A DNA stretch of 64,000 bases from a virus. The notes beneath the pieces were generated by a model. It was not told where the DNA came from. It did no database searches and was given only the letters and a program-made list of their open reading frames with translations. The translations under genes and the position numbers were made by a program. Of this stretch, positions 8,151 to 18,163 are shown piece after piece (the first letter of the stretch is position 1; each line of letters starts with the position of its first letter). The stretch is from positions 12,353 through 76,352 of IMG/VR virus record IMGVR_UViG_3300010160_000036; one strand, written 5' to 3'.

Positions 8151-9163
8151 AGGTTATTATAAATGTCCAAAAGAATCTTCTTATCAAAATTATTTGATTC
8201 AATACTGTTAATTTGGTCAATGATGATTTGGTCTACACTTTCAAACTTTAACCCATCTGCTGTTTGACCATTTTCATTTGTTTCTAATTTCATTGGTATC
8301 AATGCCATCTCTCTTAGTTTATGTTCTGGTATCCATGTCTCACGTAAGAAGTTTGCTTCCTCATATGAGATTTCAATATCAAGATGTACTCTAACATATG
8401 AGTCAATCAATAGCAAGCCCTCAGGGTTTTCTAATATATCACTTAATCTATGAACACGAAACACAGGTTGTCGTGGCCATGTATGAAACACAGGTTCAGT
8501 TCCCCATTCTAATATCATCATGCCACGCGCATCATCACCTGCATCAGCATAGTTATGTGGGAAAGCATTACCGATGTACCAGATGTTCTTTCGTGCTTGG
8601 CGTTTGTGAAAGTGACCACTGAATACTTTTTCAAAACCACTCAATTGATTTTCATTAATCTCACCGTGATCGGGCATTTCTACCATAGCGTTCATGTGAA
8701 AATAAGGTAATTCAAAATGACCAAACATATATTTGCCACTCATCTTTTGTAGTTTCTTGTAATCATCTTGTACAAGCCAAGGGGCAATGACTACATCTCC
8801 TTTGCTAAAGAAGTTATTGATGATTTTAACGTTTGGTAAATGTTTAGCCCACTCAACACTATGAATGTCCCTGCGGTCACGATAATAAAGATCGTGGTTG
8901 CCTGGGATAAAATATACAGTATCAAAGTTAGCACTTAGTTTCTCCAAGGCCTGTAGCCCAAATTGTAATGTATGAATGTTAATACTTGCACGATGGTGAT
9001 TGTAATCGCCCAAGAAGAAACAGGTTTCACAACCTTCACTCTTTGCTTTAGCAATAAACCAATCTACGAAATCGGCACAGTCTTGATTGTGTTGTAAGCT
9101 GTTTGACTTCAATCCAAAATGAATATCAGTGAACACAGCGGCTTTTTTGAATAGGTTACTCAT
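8147..9163 (-). CDS. Recombination endonuclease nuclease subunit, T4 gp47-like (SbcD/Mre11)
   Basis: Metallophosphoesterase motifs DIH, GD, GNHD, GHFH; overlaps the gp46 start. Confidence 0.95.
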   Translation of the reverse strand: MSNLFKKAAVFTDIHFGLKSNSLQHNQDCADFVDWFIAKAKSEGCETCFFLGDYNHHRASINIHTLQFGLQALEKLSANFDTVYFIPGNHDLYYRDRRDIHSVEWAKHLPNVKIINNFFSKGDVVIAPWLVQDDYKKLQKMSGKYMFGHFELPYFHMNAMVEMPDHGEINENQLSGFEKVFSGHFHKRQARKNIWYIGNAFPHNYADAGDDARGMMILEWGTEPVFHTWPRQPVFRVHRLSDILENPEGLLLIDSYVRVHLDIEISYEEANFLRETWIPEHKLREMALIPMKLETNENGQTADGLKFESVDQIIIDQINSIESNNFDKKILLDIYNNL

Positions 9164-9169
9164 GTGCTT

Positions 9170-9198
9170 ATTATATAGATGTTATTTGATAAAAGCAA
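9170..9198 (-). promoter_or_regulatory. Sigma70-like promoter TTGCTT-N17-TATAAT directly before the gp47 ATG
   Basis: Minus strand reads TTGCTT TTATCAAATAACATCTA TATAAT AAGCAC ATG. Confidence 0.65.
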
Positions 9199-9200
9199 TA

Positions 9201-9764
9201 TTATTGGTTAAATGTTTTATTAAAAAGATTAGTAGCGGTATCCCAATCATAGTTATTTTTAAATCGCACACTTATGCATGTCCTACGACCGTTACCGGAA
9301 GAAATGGAATGTGGTATATCAGTTCTAACTAATGTCACGAAATCATTAATTGAATGTTCAGCTTCTAATGATAGTTCTGCCATAGTAAAATTCATATATG
9401 GGGTATTCCCTGCACTAAGTAGAATTTTTTTTTCTAGCCACGGCAATCTACGAGTATACCATCGCATTGTACTAGGAACGTCAGTACTATCATCAAATAC
9501 AATATTCAACCCATAATGAATATATACCAGTTCCTCATTAATTAATGCAACATCAACGTGTGCAAAATTATGGTTTAGATGATTAATTTTATTAAAAATC
9601 ATCACTCCCAAAATTTCTGAAATGGTTGACAATTTGTCTACAAAAGCGGGAGTAAATATCTCAGTAAGATAATCACTACCTCTCCATTTAACTACATCTG
9701 TTGGTCTAACCCAAGATGGATTAATTACATCAAACTTTTTAAGATTTAATGGTAAAAAGCACAT
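9201..9764 (-). CDS. Cupin/2OG-Fe(II) oxygenase-like hypothetical protein
   Basis: FAHVD...LN...RTDIPHS...R.CISVRF gives an HxD...H...R pattern of double-stranded beta-helix enzymes. ATG 9764 preferred over the track start 9800, which overlaps gp55. Confidence 0.5.
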   Translation of the reverse strand: MCFLPLNLKKFDVINPSWVRPTDVVKWRGSDYLTEIFTPAFVDKLSTISEILGVMIFNKINHLNHNFAHVDVALINEELVYIHYGLNIVFDDSTDVPSTMRWYTRRLPWLEKKILLSAGNTPYMNFTMAELSLEAEHSINDFVTLVRTDIPHSISSGNGRRTCISVRFKNNYDWDTATNLFNKTFNQ

Positions 9765-9771
9765 TGCAAAA

Positions 9772-10677
9772 TTATTCTTCGTATGTGACTGACACTCCAC
9801 CAGAGCCTTGACGGCTCCAACTTGGGTTTAGTCCGTTGATTTCTAAGATATCATCTCTAATGTTTTGATTGCGCTTTTCTGTGTTTAGTACACGACAGAA
9901 ACTATTAGTGATAGCTGCTGTATAGTAGGCAAATGGATTAGCACTCTTTGCCTCATTGAACCTTAACCCAACATATGTAAGTTGTAAGATAGCACTGTTA
10001 CGCATTTCATCATTGTATGTGTATCCACGCCAATTATATTTCATGGCATATTTTTCACACATCATAATATACATACGGGCTAGTTTGTTTGTGACCTGAC
10101 CATGATCTTTACTAAACTCACCGTTTTCTAGATCACCTCTCCAATGACTTTTACCTACGCAATAGAATGTATTGTTACTATCAATTTTGTAATGCTGAAA
10201 TGGGGGAAAATTAACCTTGACATGAACCATGTCATCAATCTCTGCTTTGGTTGTTTTATCTTCTAAGTCGGCAAAGATTTCATCTGGGTCAGGTTCTTCA
10301 AATTCAAAGATATCTTTTGCTGTTTTCTTTTTAACTGTCTTGCGGGGTTGTTTTGGCGCTACCGGTACATGATCCCAATTCATTACACGAAAAATTAAAT
10401 CTGTAACTAATATAGAGTCTGGGCTAACTGCATCTTTAGAGCCCTGCTCTAAACTAAGACGCAATGCTCTGGTTTCTTTTGCTTGCTGAATGGATTCTGG
10501 ACTAAAAGCATATTCTAAACTCTCGTTGATTGGGGCTTGAGGCATGTCTACTATAAAGTCGTAGCGATGATATTCCGGTTGTGAAAAGTGACAATAAGTA
10601 GTTTTGCTTTCGTGAATTTCTTTTAGAATGTCTTTATTATTTAGGTAATTGACAGGTTTTCTTGATGGTAGGGACAT
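9772..10677 (-). CDS. Late-transcription sigma factor, T4 gp55-like
   Basis: N-terminal NYLNNKD and C-terminal NWRGYTY.DEM...F...KSANPFAYYT....NSF.R....EK motifs; synteny with gp47/gp46. Confidence 0.9.
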   Translation of the reverse strand: MSLPSRKPVNYLNNKDILKEIHESKTTYCHFSQPEYHRYDFIVDMPQAPINESLEYAFSPESIQQAKETRALRLSLEQGSKDAVSPDSILVTDLIFRVMNWDHVPVAPKQPRKTVKKKTAKDIFEFEEPDPDEIFADLEDKTTKAEIDDMVHVKVNFPPFQHYKIDSNNTFYCVGKSHWRGDLENGEFSKDHGQVTNKLARMYIMMCEKYAMKYNWRGYTYNDEMRNSAILQLTYVGLRFNEAKSANPFAYYTAAITNSFCRVLNTEKRNQNIRDDILEINGLNPSWSRQGSGGVSVTYEE

Positions 10678-10701
10678 AGTTCTCCGTTATTATGTTGATT
10701 G

Positions 10702-10730
10702 ATTATAGCATGACTGTTGCAGAATAGCAA
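10702..10730 (-). promoter_or_regulatory. Sigma70-like promoter TTGCTA-N17-TATAAT (extended -10) for the gp55-like gene
   Basis: Minus strand reads TTGCTA TTCTGCAACAGTCATGC TATAAT, followed by a GGAG SD before ATG 10677. Confidence 0.7.
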
Positions 10731-10767
10731 CTATTTTTTGAGATATAGGGTAAAAACAGCTCTTTTT

Positions 10768-10781
10768 TATTTAGCTAAATA
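10768..10781. promoter_or_regulatory. Palindromic late-promoter motif TATTTAGCTAAATA
   Basis: Perfect 14-bp palindrome giving CTAAATA on both strands, between gp55 and the baseplate operon. Confidence 0.55.
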
Positions 10782-10803
10782 TAAGTAAGGATAACAACAT
10801 ATT

Positions 10804-11742
10804 ATGGCAACACAACCAATAGACCCTACAATTGATGTTAATAACGGAGCAATTGGATTGGGAGTACCCACATCAGTAATTGAAAACGTCAACCCGTCGG
10901 GTAATGCCATTGGCATACAATTGGATTCAGCACGATCAACAGCTACATATCAAGACACTCAAAATTTTCAACAAGCAAAAGACTGGCGTGTTAGAATAAG
11001 TTTGGCACCAGGTGCAAATTATTTATACAGAGTAGCTGACAGAGCAAATGCAGGTATACTTGGACCATTAATAGAAACCGATGGGGTAATTTTCCCCTAC
11101 ACACCAAACATATCAGTATCATATGTTGCAGGGTATGATTCTAGTGAGTTAGTCCATAGTAACTACAAAGTTTATCAGTATAAAGGTAGTAGTGTTGATT
11201 CTGTAACTATAACAGGTGATTTTACAGCACAAGATTCAAATGAAGCAGATTATTTGTTAGCAGTTATTCATTTTTTCCGAAGCGTTACTAAAATGTTTTA
11301 TGGTCAAGATGAAAATCCAAAGAACGGCGTTCCCCCACCATTATGCTATCTGACAGGATTTGGTGCATATCAATTTGATAATCACCCAATGGTAATAACT
11401 AATTTTACTTATAACACACCAACTGATGTAGATTATATTCGCGCCGGTAGTCAAACTAATAATCCTGGACAAAATGTAGGGCAACAAGCCCCTGTAGTAA
11501 ATAGTACATTAAGACTTAGTAGATTGAGTCAATCAGGGTTAATATCTCAACCCCCTAACTTCTCAACCCCAAATGTGTTAATTAATAGTGATGCAACATA
11601 TGTGCCTACAAAAGTAAGTATATCTATTACTGCTACACCAATTGTATCACGTGATGATATCAGTAATAACTTTAGTTTAAGAGATTATGCAACTGGTGGA
11701 CTACTAAGAGGAAGTATAAACAATAGTGGAGGTATCTGGTAA
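10804..11742 (+). CDS. Baseplate/tail-tube initiator-like protein (gp48/gp54-type tube fold)
   Basis: FPYTP.I...Y, F...TK.FYG, PPP...L.G.G..F pattern of contractile-system tube initiators; located before gp53. Confidence 0.55.
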   Translation: MATQPIDPTIDVNNGAIGLGVPTSVIENVNPSGNAIGIQLDSARSTATYQDTQNFQQAKDWRVRISLAPGANYLYRVADRANAGILGPLIETDGVIFPYTPNISVSYVAGYDSSELVHSNYKVYQYKGSSVDSVTITGDFTAQDSNEADYLLAVIHFFRSVTKMFYGQDENPKNGVPPPLCYLTGFGAYQFDNHPMVITNFTYNTPTDVDYIRAGSQTNNPGQNVGQQAPVVNSTLRLSRLSQSGLISQPPNFSTPNVLINSDATYVPTKVSISITATPIVSRDDISNNFSLRDYATGGLLRGSINNSGGIW

Positions 11743-12053
11743 TGTCAAATAATATTTTATATCCGCAATCTAGCCCCTATAATAATACAGGAGTTGTCAA
11801 TCAAAGCTTCTTAGATATCATGGTGAATAGACCAATACCTAAATTACCAGACGACAAATATTGGGAAATTACTTCTATCTACAATCTACGTCCTGATTTA
11901 TTGGCATATGACTTATATGGTAATTCAAGACTATGGTGGGTTTTTGCAAATAGAAACCCAAATACATTATTAGATCCATTGTTTGATTTTGTCACAGGTA
12001 CTGGTATCTATATACCGTTGAATAGTACATTAACACAATCATTGGGAGTATAA
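11742..12053 (+). CDS. Baseplate wedge protein, gp53-like (LysM-like)
   Basis: RPDLLAYDLYGNSRLWWV...N motif. Confidence 0.8.
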   Translation: MSNNILYPQSSPYNNTGVVNQSFLDIMVNRPIPKLPDDKYWEITSIYNLRPDLLAYDLYGNSRLWWVFANRNPNTLLDPLFDFVTGTGIYIPLNSTLTQSLGV

Positions 12054-14564
12054 ATGCCAATCATTTATGATGCGTTAGGTAATGTAATATCATCTACACC
12101 TGATAATAATTTAGGTGGAACTTCAGCCGGCGGAGATCAAACCGGAGGAGGGTCTACTACTCAAGCCGGCTCCGGCAATAATGCATCCGGTCCCACTACC
12201 ACTACTACCCAAGGCACTAGTGGTACACAAAACGCGACAAACAACACAGCCGATAATGTCAACACTAATTCCGCAGGGTCTACCTCACTACCCGGAGCAA
12301 GACCAACTAATCCACTTGCTCAGTTTTCATCATACGCATATCAGCTTAGTTGGTACATGATCTCACCTGAAGCATTTAATGCATATGTAGAAGGTGGAAG
12401 AAAAGACATAAACGAATTAAAAACTGCCGGCGGTACTAGTGGAGTTTTTCTTCTTGCTCAAAGTGGTGGTATAAACAACGATGGCCCAATCAAAAGAGCT
12501 AATGGATTTGATTTAGATTATTATATAGATAATTTAAAATTAATTTCTCAAGTAGCAACTACTATGACTGCAACCACATCTAATGTTACAGACATTTCAT
12601 TTGATATACATGAACCATATGGATTTTCATTACCAACTAAACTTAGACGGGCATATCAACATATGATCCCTGACAGTGAAATAAACAAAAAAGGGGGGAC
12701 AAATTATAATTCTCTTAGACAATTTTTTGTTTTAGGAATTAGATTTCAAGGTTATGATAAAGATGGTAACATAGCTGACTCTAGTAAATATTTTAACAAT
12801 AGTACTGAAATTATAAACAGTGATGGGGTATTTGAAACATTGTACCCAATTATGTTAACCGAACTCAAATTTAAATTAAATGGTACTGCCACAACATATC
12901 ATATAAAAGCTAAAATAGCACCTACTCAAGTTGCTATGACCATTGCTAGAGGCACAGTGGACAATAACATTGAAATAATAGCTGACACAGTAAAAAATGC
13001 ATTGTCCAGTGAGGGTGGTACCGGCAACAGAGGCATGGTGAGCCTGTTTGGTACACTGAATGTCAATGAAGAAAAGGCTGCAAAGGCAAGAAAAGACAAA
13101 GACGGAAATCCGGGTATACCAAACGAGTATAAAGTTCGTTATATTGGAGACACAGCATTATTTCGTACTGCTACTTTTAATAGTCCGGCCGATGCGGACA
13201 AGAAAAAACAAAGTATGAATTCAGCTAGCAAGCAATCTCAAGTTAACGATCATACCGCAGTAAAAGCTATATCAGATCCAATTATACGAAAAATTACAAT
13301 TGAACAAGGTACTAGCACATTACAAGCAATTAATAACATAGTAAAAAAAAGTTCTTATTTAGAAGATGCTTTAAGATTAGTAAACAATAGCGTAGAATCT
13401 CCGTCAACCGAGACTAGTAGTCCAGAATCAACTGTTACACCTGGTGCAACATCAAATACATTACGTTGGTACAATGTAACACCTGAAGTTAAAGTTAAAG
13501 GTTGGGATGGTTCAATAAATGATTATGCATACGAAATAACTTATGTTATACAACCATATGATACTCCGGCTGCAACAACACCTTACGGAAAAGTTTCAAA
13601 ATATACAGGCCCGTATAAAAGGTACGATTATTGGTTTACTGGAAAGAATACTGAAATTACAGGATATTCTCAATCATTTGATTTAACTTATTTTCTAACA
13701 GGCAACCCACCAGACGGTAATCCAGCATCAAATCAAGGAAATGCTACAGTACCAAATTACGATAACAAACGTACAGGTCAAGATAAGACTGGAAAAATAG
13801 GTGATGGTAATGAATCGCAAAACACTTACATGACAAGTTTATATGATCCAGCAGCATATACAGATGTAAAAATTGACATATTAGGTGACCCTGACTACTT
13901 GATGACAGAAGCAGCTCCTAGTGTCAATGAGCCTTATAATCAATCTTATAGCAATGAAAACTACACAATAAATCCAAATGGCGGCCAAATATTCATTGAA
14001 GTTAACTTTAATGAAGGTGTTGATTATGATAATCAAACTGGATTGTTAAAAGTCAATGAAAGTATTTTGTTTTATGATTTTGGTTATGCAGTTCCCGATA
14101 ATATTGACGGTGTCTGTTATCAGGTAAAACAAGTTAATTCTTCATTCTCAAAGGGAAAATTTTCACAACAACTATTGTGTACGATAATGACATTTCCTAG
14201 AGCAGCCGATGATAATGCAGAGTCTGCTTCTCAAAATTCAGCAAATCAAACTGAAGCCACTGCTCAAGGGAGAGGAAACACAGGGCTCAACCAGTCTGTA
14301 TTATCTACACCATCATCAGGTGCATCAACATCAACTAATAGTGGATTTACACCGGACAAGGCAGTTACTAATTCAAATCAATATAGCCCACCTGCACCAC
14401 CTGTAATTCCAGTAAGCACTCAAGAAAAATCAGCAGTACCTACTAATAATGCAACTAACTTAATAGTATCTAGCGGAGAAAATGTAGCTAATACTGGATT
14501 AACACAAGCAGGTAAAGCAAACTTAATCGATCAAGGTGGAAGAGAAACACCACCTAACCCATAA
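12054..14564 (+). CDS. Baseplate hub protein (gp27-like)
   Basis: Lies between gp53 and gp5; C-terminal I.GDP and Y.V..V.S.FS.GKF.Q.L hub-type motifs; low-complexity termini. Confidence 0.6.
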   Translation: MPIIYDALGNVISSTPDNNLGGTSAGGDQTGGGSTTQAGSGNNASGPTTTTTQGTSGTQNATNNTADNVNTNSAGSTSLPGARPTNPLAQFSSYAYQLSWYMISPEAFNAYVEGGRKDINELKTAGGTSGVFLLAQSGGINNDGPIKRANGFDLDYYIDNLKLISQVATTMTATTSNVTDISFDIHEPYGFSLPTKLRRAYQHMIPDSEINKKGGTNYNSLRQFFVLGIRFQGYDKDGNIADSSKYFNNSTEIINSDGVFETLYPIMLTELKFKLNGTATTYHIKAKIAPTQVAMTIARGTVDNNIEIIADTVKNALSSEGGTGNRGMVSLFGTLNVNEEKAAKARKDKDGNPGIPNEYKVRYIGDTALFRTATFNSPADADKKKQSMNSASKQSQVNDHTAVKAISDPIIRKITIEQGTSTLQAINNIVKKSSYLEDALRLVNNSVESPSTETSSPESTVTPGATSNTLRWYNVTPEVKVKGWDGSINDYAYEITYVIQPYDTPAATTPYGKVSKYTGPYKRYDYWFTGKNTEITGYSQSFDLTYFLTGNPPDGNPASNQGNATVPNYDNKRTGQDKTGKIGDGNESQNTYMTSLYDPAAYTDVKIDILGDPDYLMTEAAPSVNEPYNQSYSNENYTINPNGGQIFIEVNFNEGVDYDNQTGLLKVNESILFYDFGYAVPDNIDGVCYQVKQVNSSFSKGKFSQQLLCTIMTFPRAADDNAESASQNSANQTEATAQGRGNTGLNQSVLSTPSSGASTSTNSGFTPDKAVTNSNQYSPPAPPVIPVSTQEKSAVPTNNATNLIVSSGENVANTGLTQAGKANLIDQGGRETPPNP

Positions 14565-14577
14565 CTAGAAATTTAAT

Positions 14578-17500
14578 ATGCCACATAGTCTTTTTAAACC
14601 CAAAGGTCCTACTAAAGCATCTAGACCAGACGCCGGCGGAGCCGCACTACGATCGGTGCCAGTACTAGGTGTAGTCAAAGATACAATTGATACCATCAGA
14701 TGCGGTAGAATTCGTGTTTACATTGCTGATAAAAGCGGAAGAGATCCCAATGATTCAACTTCATGGACAACTGTTAATTACATGAGTCCATTCTATGGTA
14801 CAACCATTGCTCAAGGTGCTAAAGATAATTACGGAACATATTTACAAAACCCAAGTAGTTATGGTATGTGGAATGCACCACCTGATATAGGCAGTACTGT
14901 TATATGTATTTTTATTAACGGTGATCCTGACTATGGATATTGGATAGGTTGTGTACCCGAACCAGAATCATTGTATATGGTTCCTGCTATTGGTTCAGCA
15001 GAAACAGTTGTCACAAATGAAAATGAGGCAAAAAGTTACGGCGGGGCTACACGATTGCCTGTGTCTAATATTAACACTAATAACACTGAGATAGATAAAT
15101 CACCTACATTTTATAGTGAACCTAAACCAGTACATAGTTATGTAGCCGGTGTACTTGCACAGCAGGGATTGGTTCGTGATACTATCAGAGGTACTATAGG
15201 TACAAGCGCACAACGGGAGAGTCCGAGTAGAGTTGGTTGGGGTGTAAACACACCCGGTCGACCTATCTACGACGGTGGTTTAACTGACGAAACTATTGCC
15301 GCAGCAGCCGACACCGGTACCAATGTTGCAGGATTGAAAGTTATATCACGTAGAGTTGGTCATTCTATTGTAATGGATGATGGCGATTTAATTGGAAGAG
15401 ACCAATTAATAAGATTGCGTACAAGCTTAGGGCATCAAATACTAATGAGTGATGATGGGCAAACGTTGTTCATCATCCATGCTAACGGACAAAGTTATAT
15501 TGAGTTGGGTAAAGAAGGTACTATTGATATGTACGCTACTAATTCGGTTAACATAAGAACACAGGGTGATTTAAACCTACACGCTGATAATAACATCAAC
15601 ATCAATGCTAAAAAAGATTTGAATATGTATGGTGAAAATGTCAACATTCAGTCTGCTAAAAAGACTGACATGAGAGTTGGAACTAATTATTCTACACAAG
15701 TTCAAGGAAACTACACTGCCAAAACTAATGGTAAGATGAGTTTTAAATCAGCCGGCGAAGCAAGTTTAGCAAGTTCTGCTACTACATACATTAATGGTAG
15801 TAAAATTAATTTAAATACAGGTGAATCAGCATTGACTCCGAGTGATGTAAAACCATTCACTACTGTATTACATACCGATACATTGTTTGATAAGGTAAAG
15901 GGTTGGGCAGCAGCACCGGCATCATTATTAAGTATTGTAAGCAGAGCACCAGCACATGCGCCATGGGCCGGCGCAAATCAAGGAGTTGATGTTAAAGTAA
16001 ATAATGACGCAGATGCAAAATTCCCATCAACACCAAATCCAGCCATTGCAGAATCAAACAACACAACCTCGTCAACACCTCCATCAACACCAGTATCTCC
16101 TTCTGTTTCAAGCACGGTTCCAATAACAAATCCAATCAGTGATAGCATAGACACCAATGCAACTAATGCAATGGTAGCAGATATGTCTACTAGAGCACAA
16201 TCTAATCCTGAAATTCAGGCAGCAATTGCAACAGGAGCAGGGGTAGTAAGACAAAATGGTATAAACACAGAAGCAATTGGATCTATGGCGCAGTCTTTCC
16301 AAACATTACAAGATTCCGGAGTTATTAAACCTGGTTTTGCAGCCTTGGCTGCATCTAATTTACAAAAAGGTATGACCATTCAACAAGTGCTACCCCCTAG
16401 TGCTTGGACAGGACAACCCGGAGCAACTAACTTGTCTAGTTATCTGAATAATCCAGTGGCTCAAATACAAGCACAGGTTTCCGGTGGCTTTCAAGTTGCA
16501 CAGAATAAAGCAACACAGGCTGGGTTAATTACAGGGTCAGAATCTTCTGGTCAACTTGCGGGTATAGTTTCAGCAGTAGCAACAGCTGGATTGAATGCCA
16601 CAATAAATGCAGTCAGACAATCAGCAGGTAGATTGAGCGGGCTAATCTCTGGTAATGTTAGTGGTCCGGTTGGTGGAATTGTCAATCAATTATTTGCATC
16701 CGCTCAATCATCATTGACTTCGGGTAATTTTGCTGCCAATATGGCATCTACTCTGACCGGTGGGTTGAATTCAATCGCTAGCTCATTAAATGGATTATCA
16801 GCTAGTCAAGGTGGTGGAAGTTTGTTAAACACTGCTAAAGGAATTGCTGGGTCAGCGTTTGCTGCAATAATTAACTCGTTCCCTAATTTATTGCCCGGAG
16901 TTCCTCAAAACTTAAAACAGATCGCACTTAATGCTTTTAGGTTTGCACAGAACACCGGAAATGAAACGACTGCTGGGGTAGGTGCCGGCGGCGCTATTTC
17001 AATATTACCAAATTCAATATCTACTGGTTTAGGGGCATTACCCGGTGCACAAAAAGCAGTATCAACTATAGTTAATAATTCGTTAGCTGCATTGAATACT
17101 ATTCCCGGTACTGCACAGTCATCTTCGGCAATAAGACAAATTACTGCATCAGTCATTTCAGGACAGCCACTGGGAAATATCGCAGTTGGGTTATTAGCAC
17201 AATTAAGATCTCCGGGAAATACGTTAACAGCAATTGCCTCTGCTGGACTACAAGCAGGAGCTGCAGCCGCACTAAATTCTGCTATTAGTTCACTGAGTTC
17301 AGGAGGTTCTGTCCCCAATAAATTAGCAACAGTTGCAATAAACACTATTAATCGTGCTAGTTTAACATCATTGGTAGGATCAGTGTTTGGTAATTCAAAA
17401 ATACCAATTCCAAACTTTTCAGGTAATCCTGCAACAACGGGTGAAACTGCTGCAACAACTAATGTATCAGAAATACTAGCTAAATCAACCGCACAAAGCG

Positions 17501-17682
17501 TTGCAGCAATAGCATTGGGCAAAGCGGTTGATGCTGCTCGTGAAGCTCGATTAGCATATGAAAAAGCATCACAATCATTACCTGCAGGAGACCCGCAATT
17601 GGCTGTACTAAGAAATGTTTGGGATGAAAAACTTAAATTAAAAGATATAGCTAGCGCAGTACTCAACAAATTTTTTGCATAA
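14578..17682 (+). CDS. Baseplate central spike, gp5/VgrG-like (OB-fold + beta-helix) with long Ala/Gly/Ser-rich extension
   Basis: GVVKD..D..R.GRIRV, PPDIGSTV..F..GDP, GH.I.M.D repeats and beta-helix repeats. Confidence 0.8.
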   Translation: MPHSLFKPKGPTKASRPDAGGAALRSVPVLGVVKDTIDTIRCGRIRVYIADKSGRDPNDSTSWTTVNYMSPFYGTTIAQGAKDNYGTYLQNPSSYGMWNAPPDIGSTVICIFINGDPDYGYWIGCVPEPESLYMVPAIGSAETVVTNENEAKSYGGATRLPVSNINTNNTEIDKSPTFYSEPKPVHSYVAGVLAQQGLVRDTIRGTIGTSAQRESPSRVGWGVNTPGRPIYDGGLTDETIAAAADTGTNVAGLKVISRRVGHSIVMDDGDLIGRDQLIRLRTSLGHQILMSDDGQTLFIIHANGQSYIELGKEGTIDMYATNSVNIRTQGDLNLHADNNININAKKDLNMYGENVNIQSAKKTDMRVGTNYSTQVQGNYTAKTNGKMSFKSAGEASLASSATTYINGSKINLNTGESALTPSDVKPFTTVLHTDTLFDKVKGWAAAPASLLSIVSRAPAHAPWAGANQGVDVKVNNDADAKFPSTPNPAIAESNNTTSSTPPSTPVSPSVSSTVPITNPISDSIDTNATNAMVADMSTRAQSNPEIQAAIATGAGVVRQNGINTEAIGSMAQSFQTLQDSGVIKPGFAALAASNLQKGMTIQQVLPPSAWTGQPGATNLSSYLNNPVAQIQAQVSGGFQVAQNKATQAGLITGSESSGQLAGIVSAVATAGLNATINAVRQSAGRLSGLISGNVSGPVGGIVNQLFASAQSSLTSGNFAANMASTLTGGLNSIASSLNGLSASQGGGSLLNTAKGIAGSAFAAIINSFPNLLPGVPQNLKQIALNAFRFAQNTGNETTAGVGAGGAISILPNSISTGLGALPGAQKAVSTIVNNSLAALNTIPGTAQSSSAIRQITASVISGQPLGNIAVGLLAQLRSPGNTLTAIASAGLQAGAAAALNSAISSLSSGGSVPNKLATVAINTINRASLTSLVGSVFGNSKIPIPNFSGNPATTGETAATTNVSEILAKSTAQSVAAIALGKAVDAAREARLAYEKASQSLPAGDPQLAVLRNVWDEKLKLKDIASAVLNKFFA

Positions 17683-17685
17683 ATA
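17678..17685 (+). promoter_or_regulatory. Late promoter motif CATAAATA before the gp25-like gene
   Basis: Overlaps the gp5 stop codon; ATG follows 4 nt later. Confidence 0.5.
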
Positions 17686-17689
17686 CAGT

Positions 17690-18142
17690 ATGTCAACATA
17701 TAACGGTTTTTCAACTATAAATGCTAACAAACCTAAAACTACCACAGCATTACCAGGAGTAGACGGTGGCGTAGGTGGAATTGTGCAGCCTATTATTCTT
17801 GGTAAAAAGTTTAGATTAGTAGATGCCCCATTAGTTATACAAGATTTTATAAATGCACTAAATATACCTAAAGGACAAAAAGTAGGTAATCCTGACTATG
17901 GAACAACTATTTGGTCTTATATATTTGAACCTAATAATACAAATACTCAGTTTAATATAGAAAACGAAATTAGAAAAATAGCAAAAAATGATCCTAGGCT
18001 TATTCTTAATAAAGTAAAATCGTTTGTGCAAGACAATGGTATACTACTTGAAGTAGAAATAGCAGTAGCGCCCTTTAATCAAGCTACTTTATTGAATGTA
18101 TTTTTTAATAACCAAACTAATCAAGCAACAATCAGATCCTAA
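17690..18142 (+). CDS. Baseplate wedge protein, gp25-like
   Basis: GQKVGNPDYGT.IW..IFEP and DPR motifs. ATG 17690 preferred over TTG 17675. Confidence 0.85.
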   Translation: MSTYNGFSTINANKPKTTTALPGVDGGVGGIVQPIILGKKFRLVDAPLVIQDFINALNIPKGQKVGNPDYGTTIWSYIFEPNNTNTQFNIENEIRKIAKNDPRLILNKVKSFVQDNGILLEVEIAVAPFNQATLLNVFFNNQTNQATIRS

Positions 18143-18163
18143 AAAACCATGGTTTTCAGTTAA

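Noticed and set aside
16905-17714. 269-aa antisense ORF
   Set aside because: It mirrors the Ala/Gly/Ser-rich gp5 tail, whose codons give few antisense stops; no independent motif.
18143-18156. Palindrome aaaaccatggtttt as an intrinsic terminator
   Set aside because: No loop and a weak stem. It may be a protein-binding or promoter-upstream element, but that cannot be supported from one copy.
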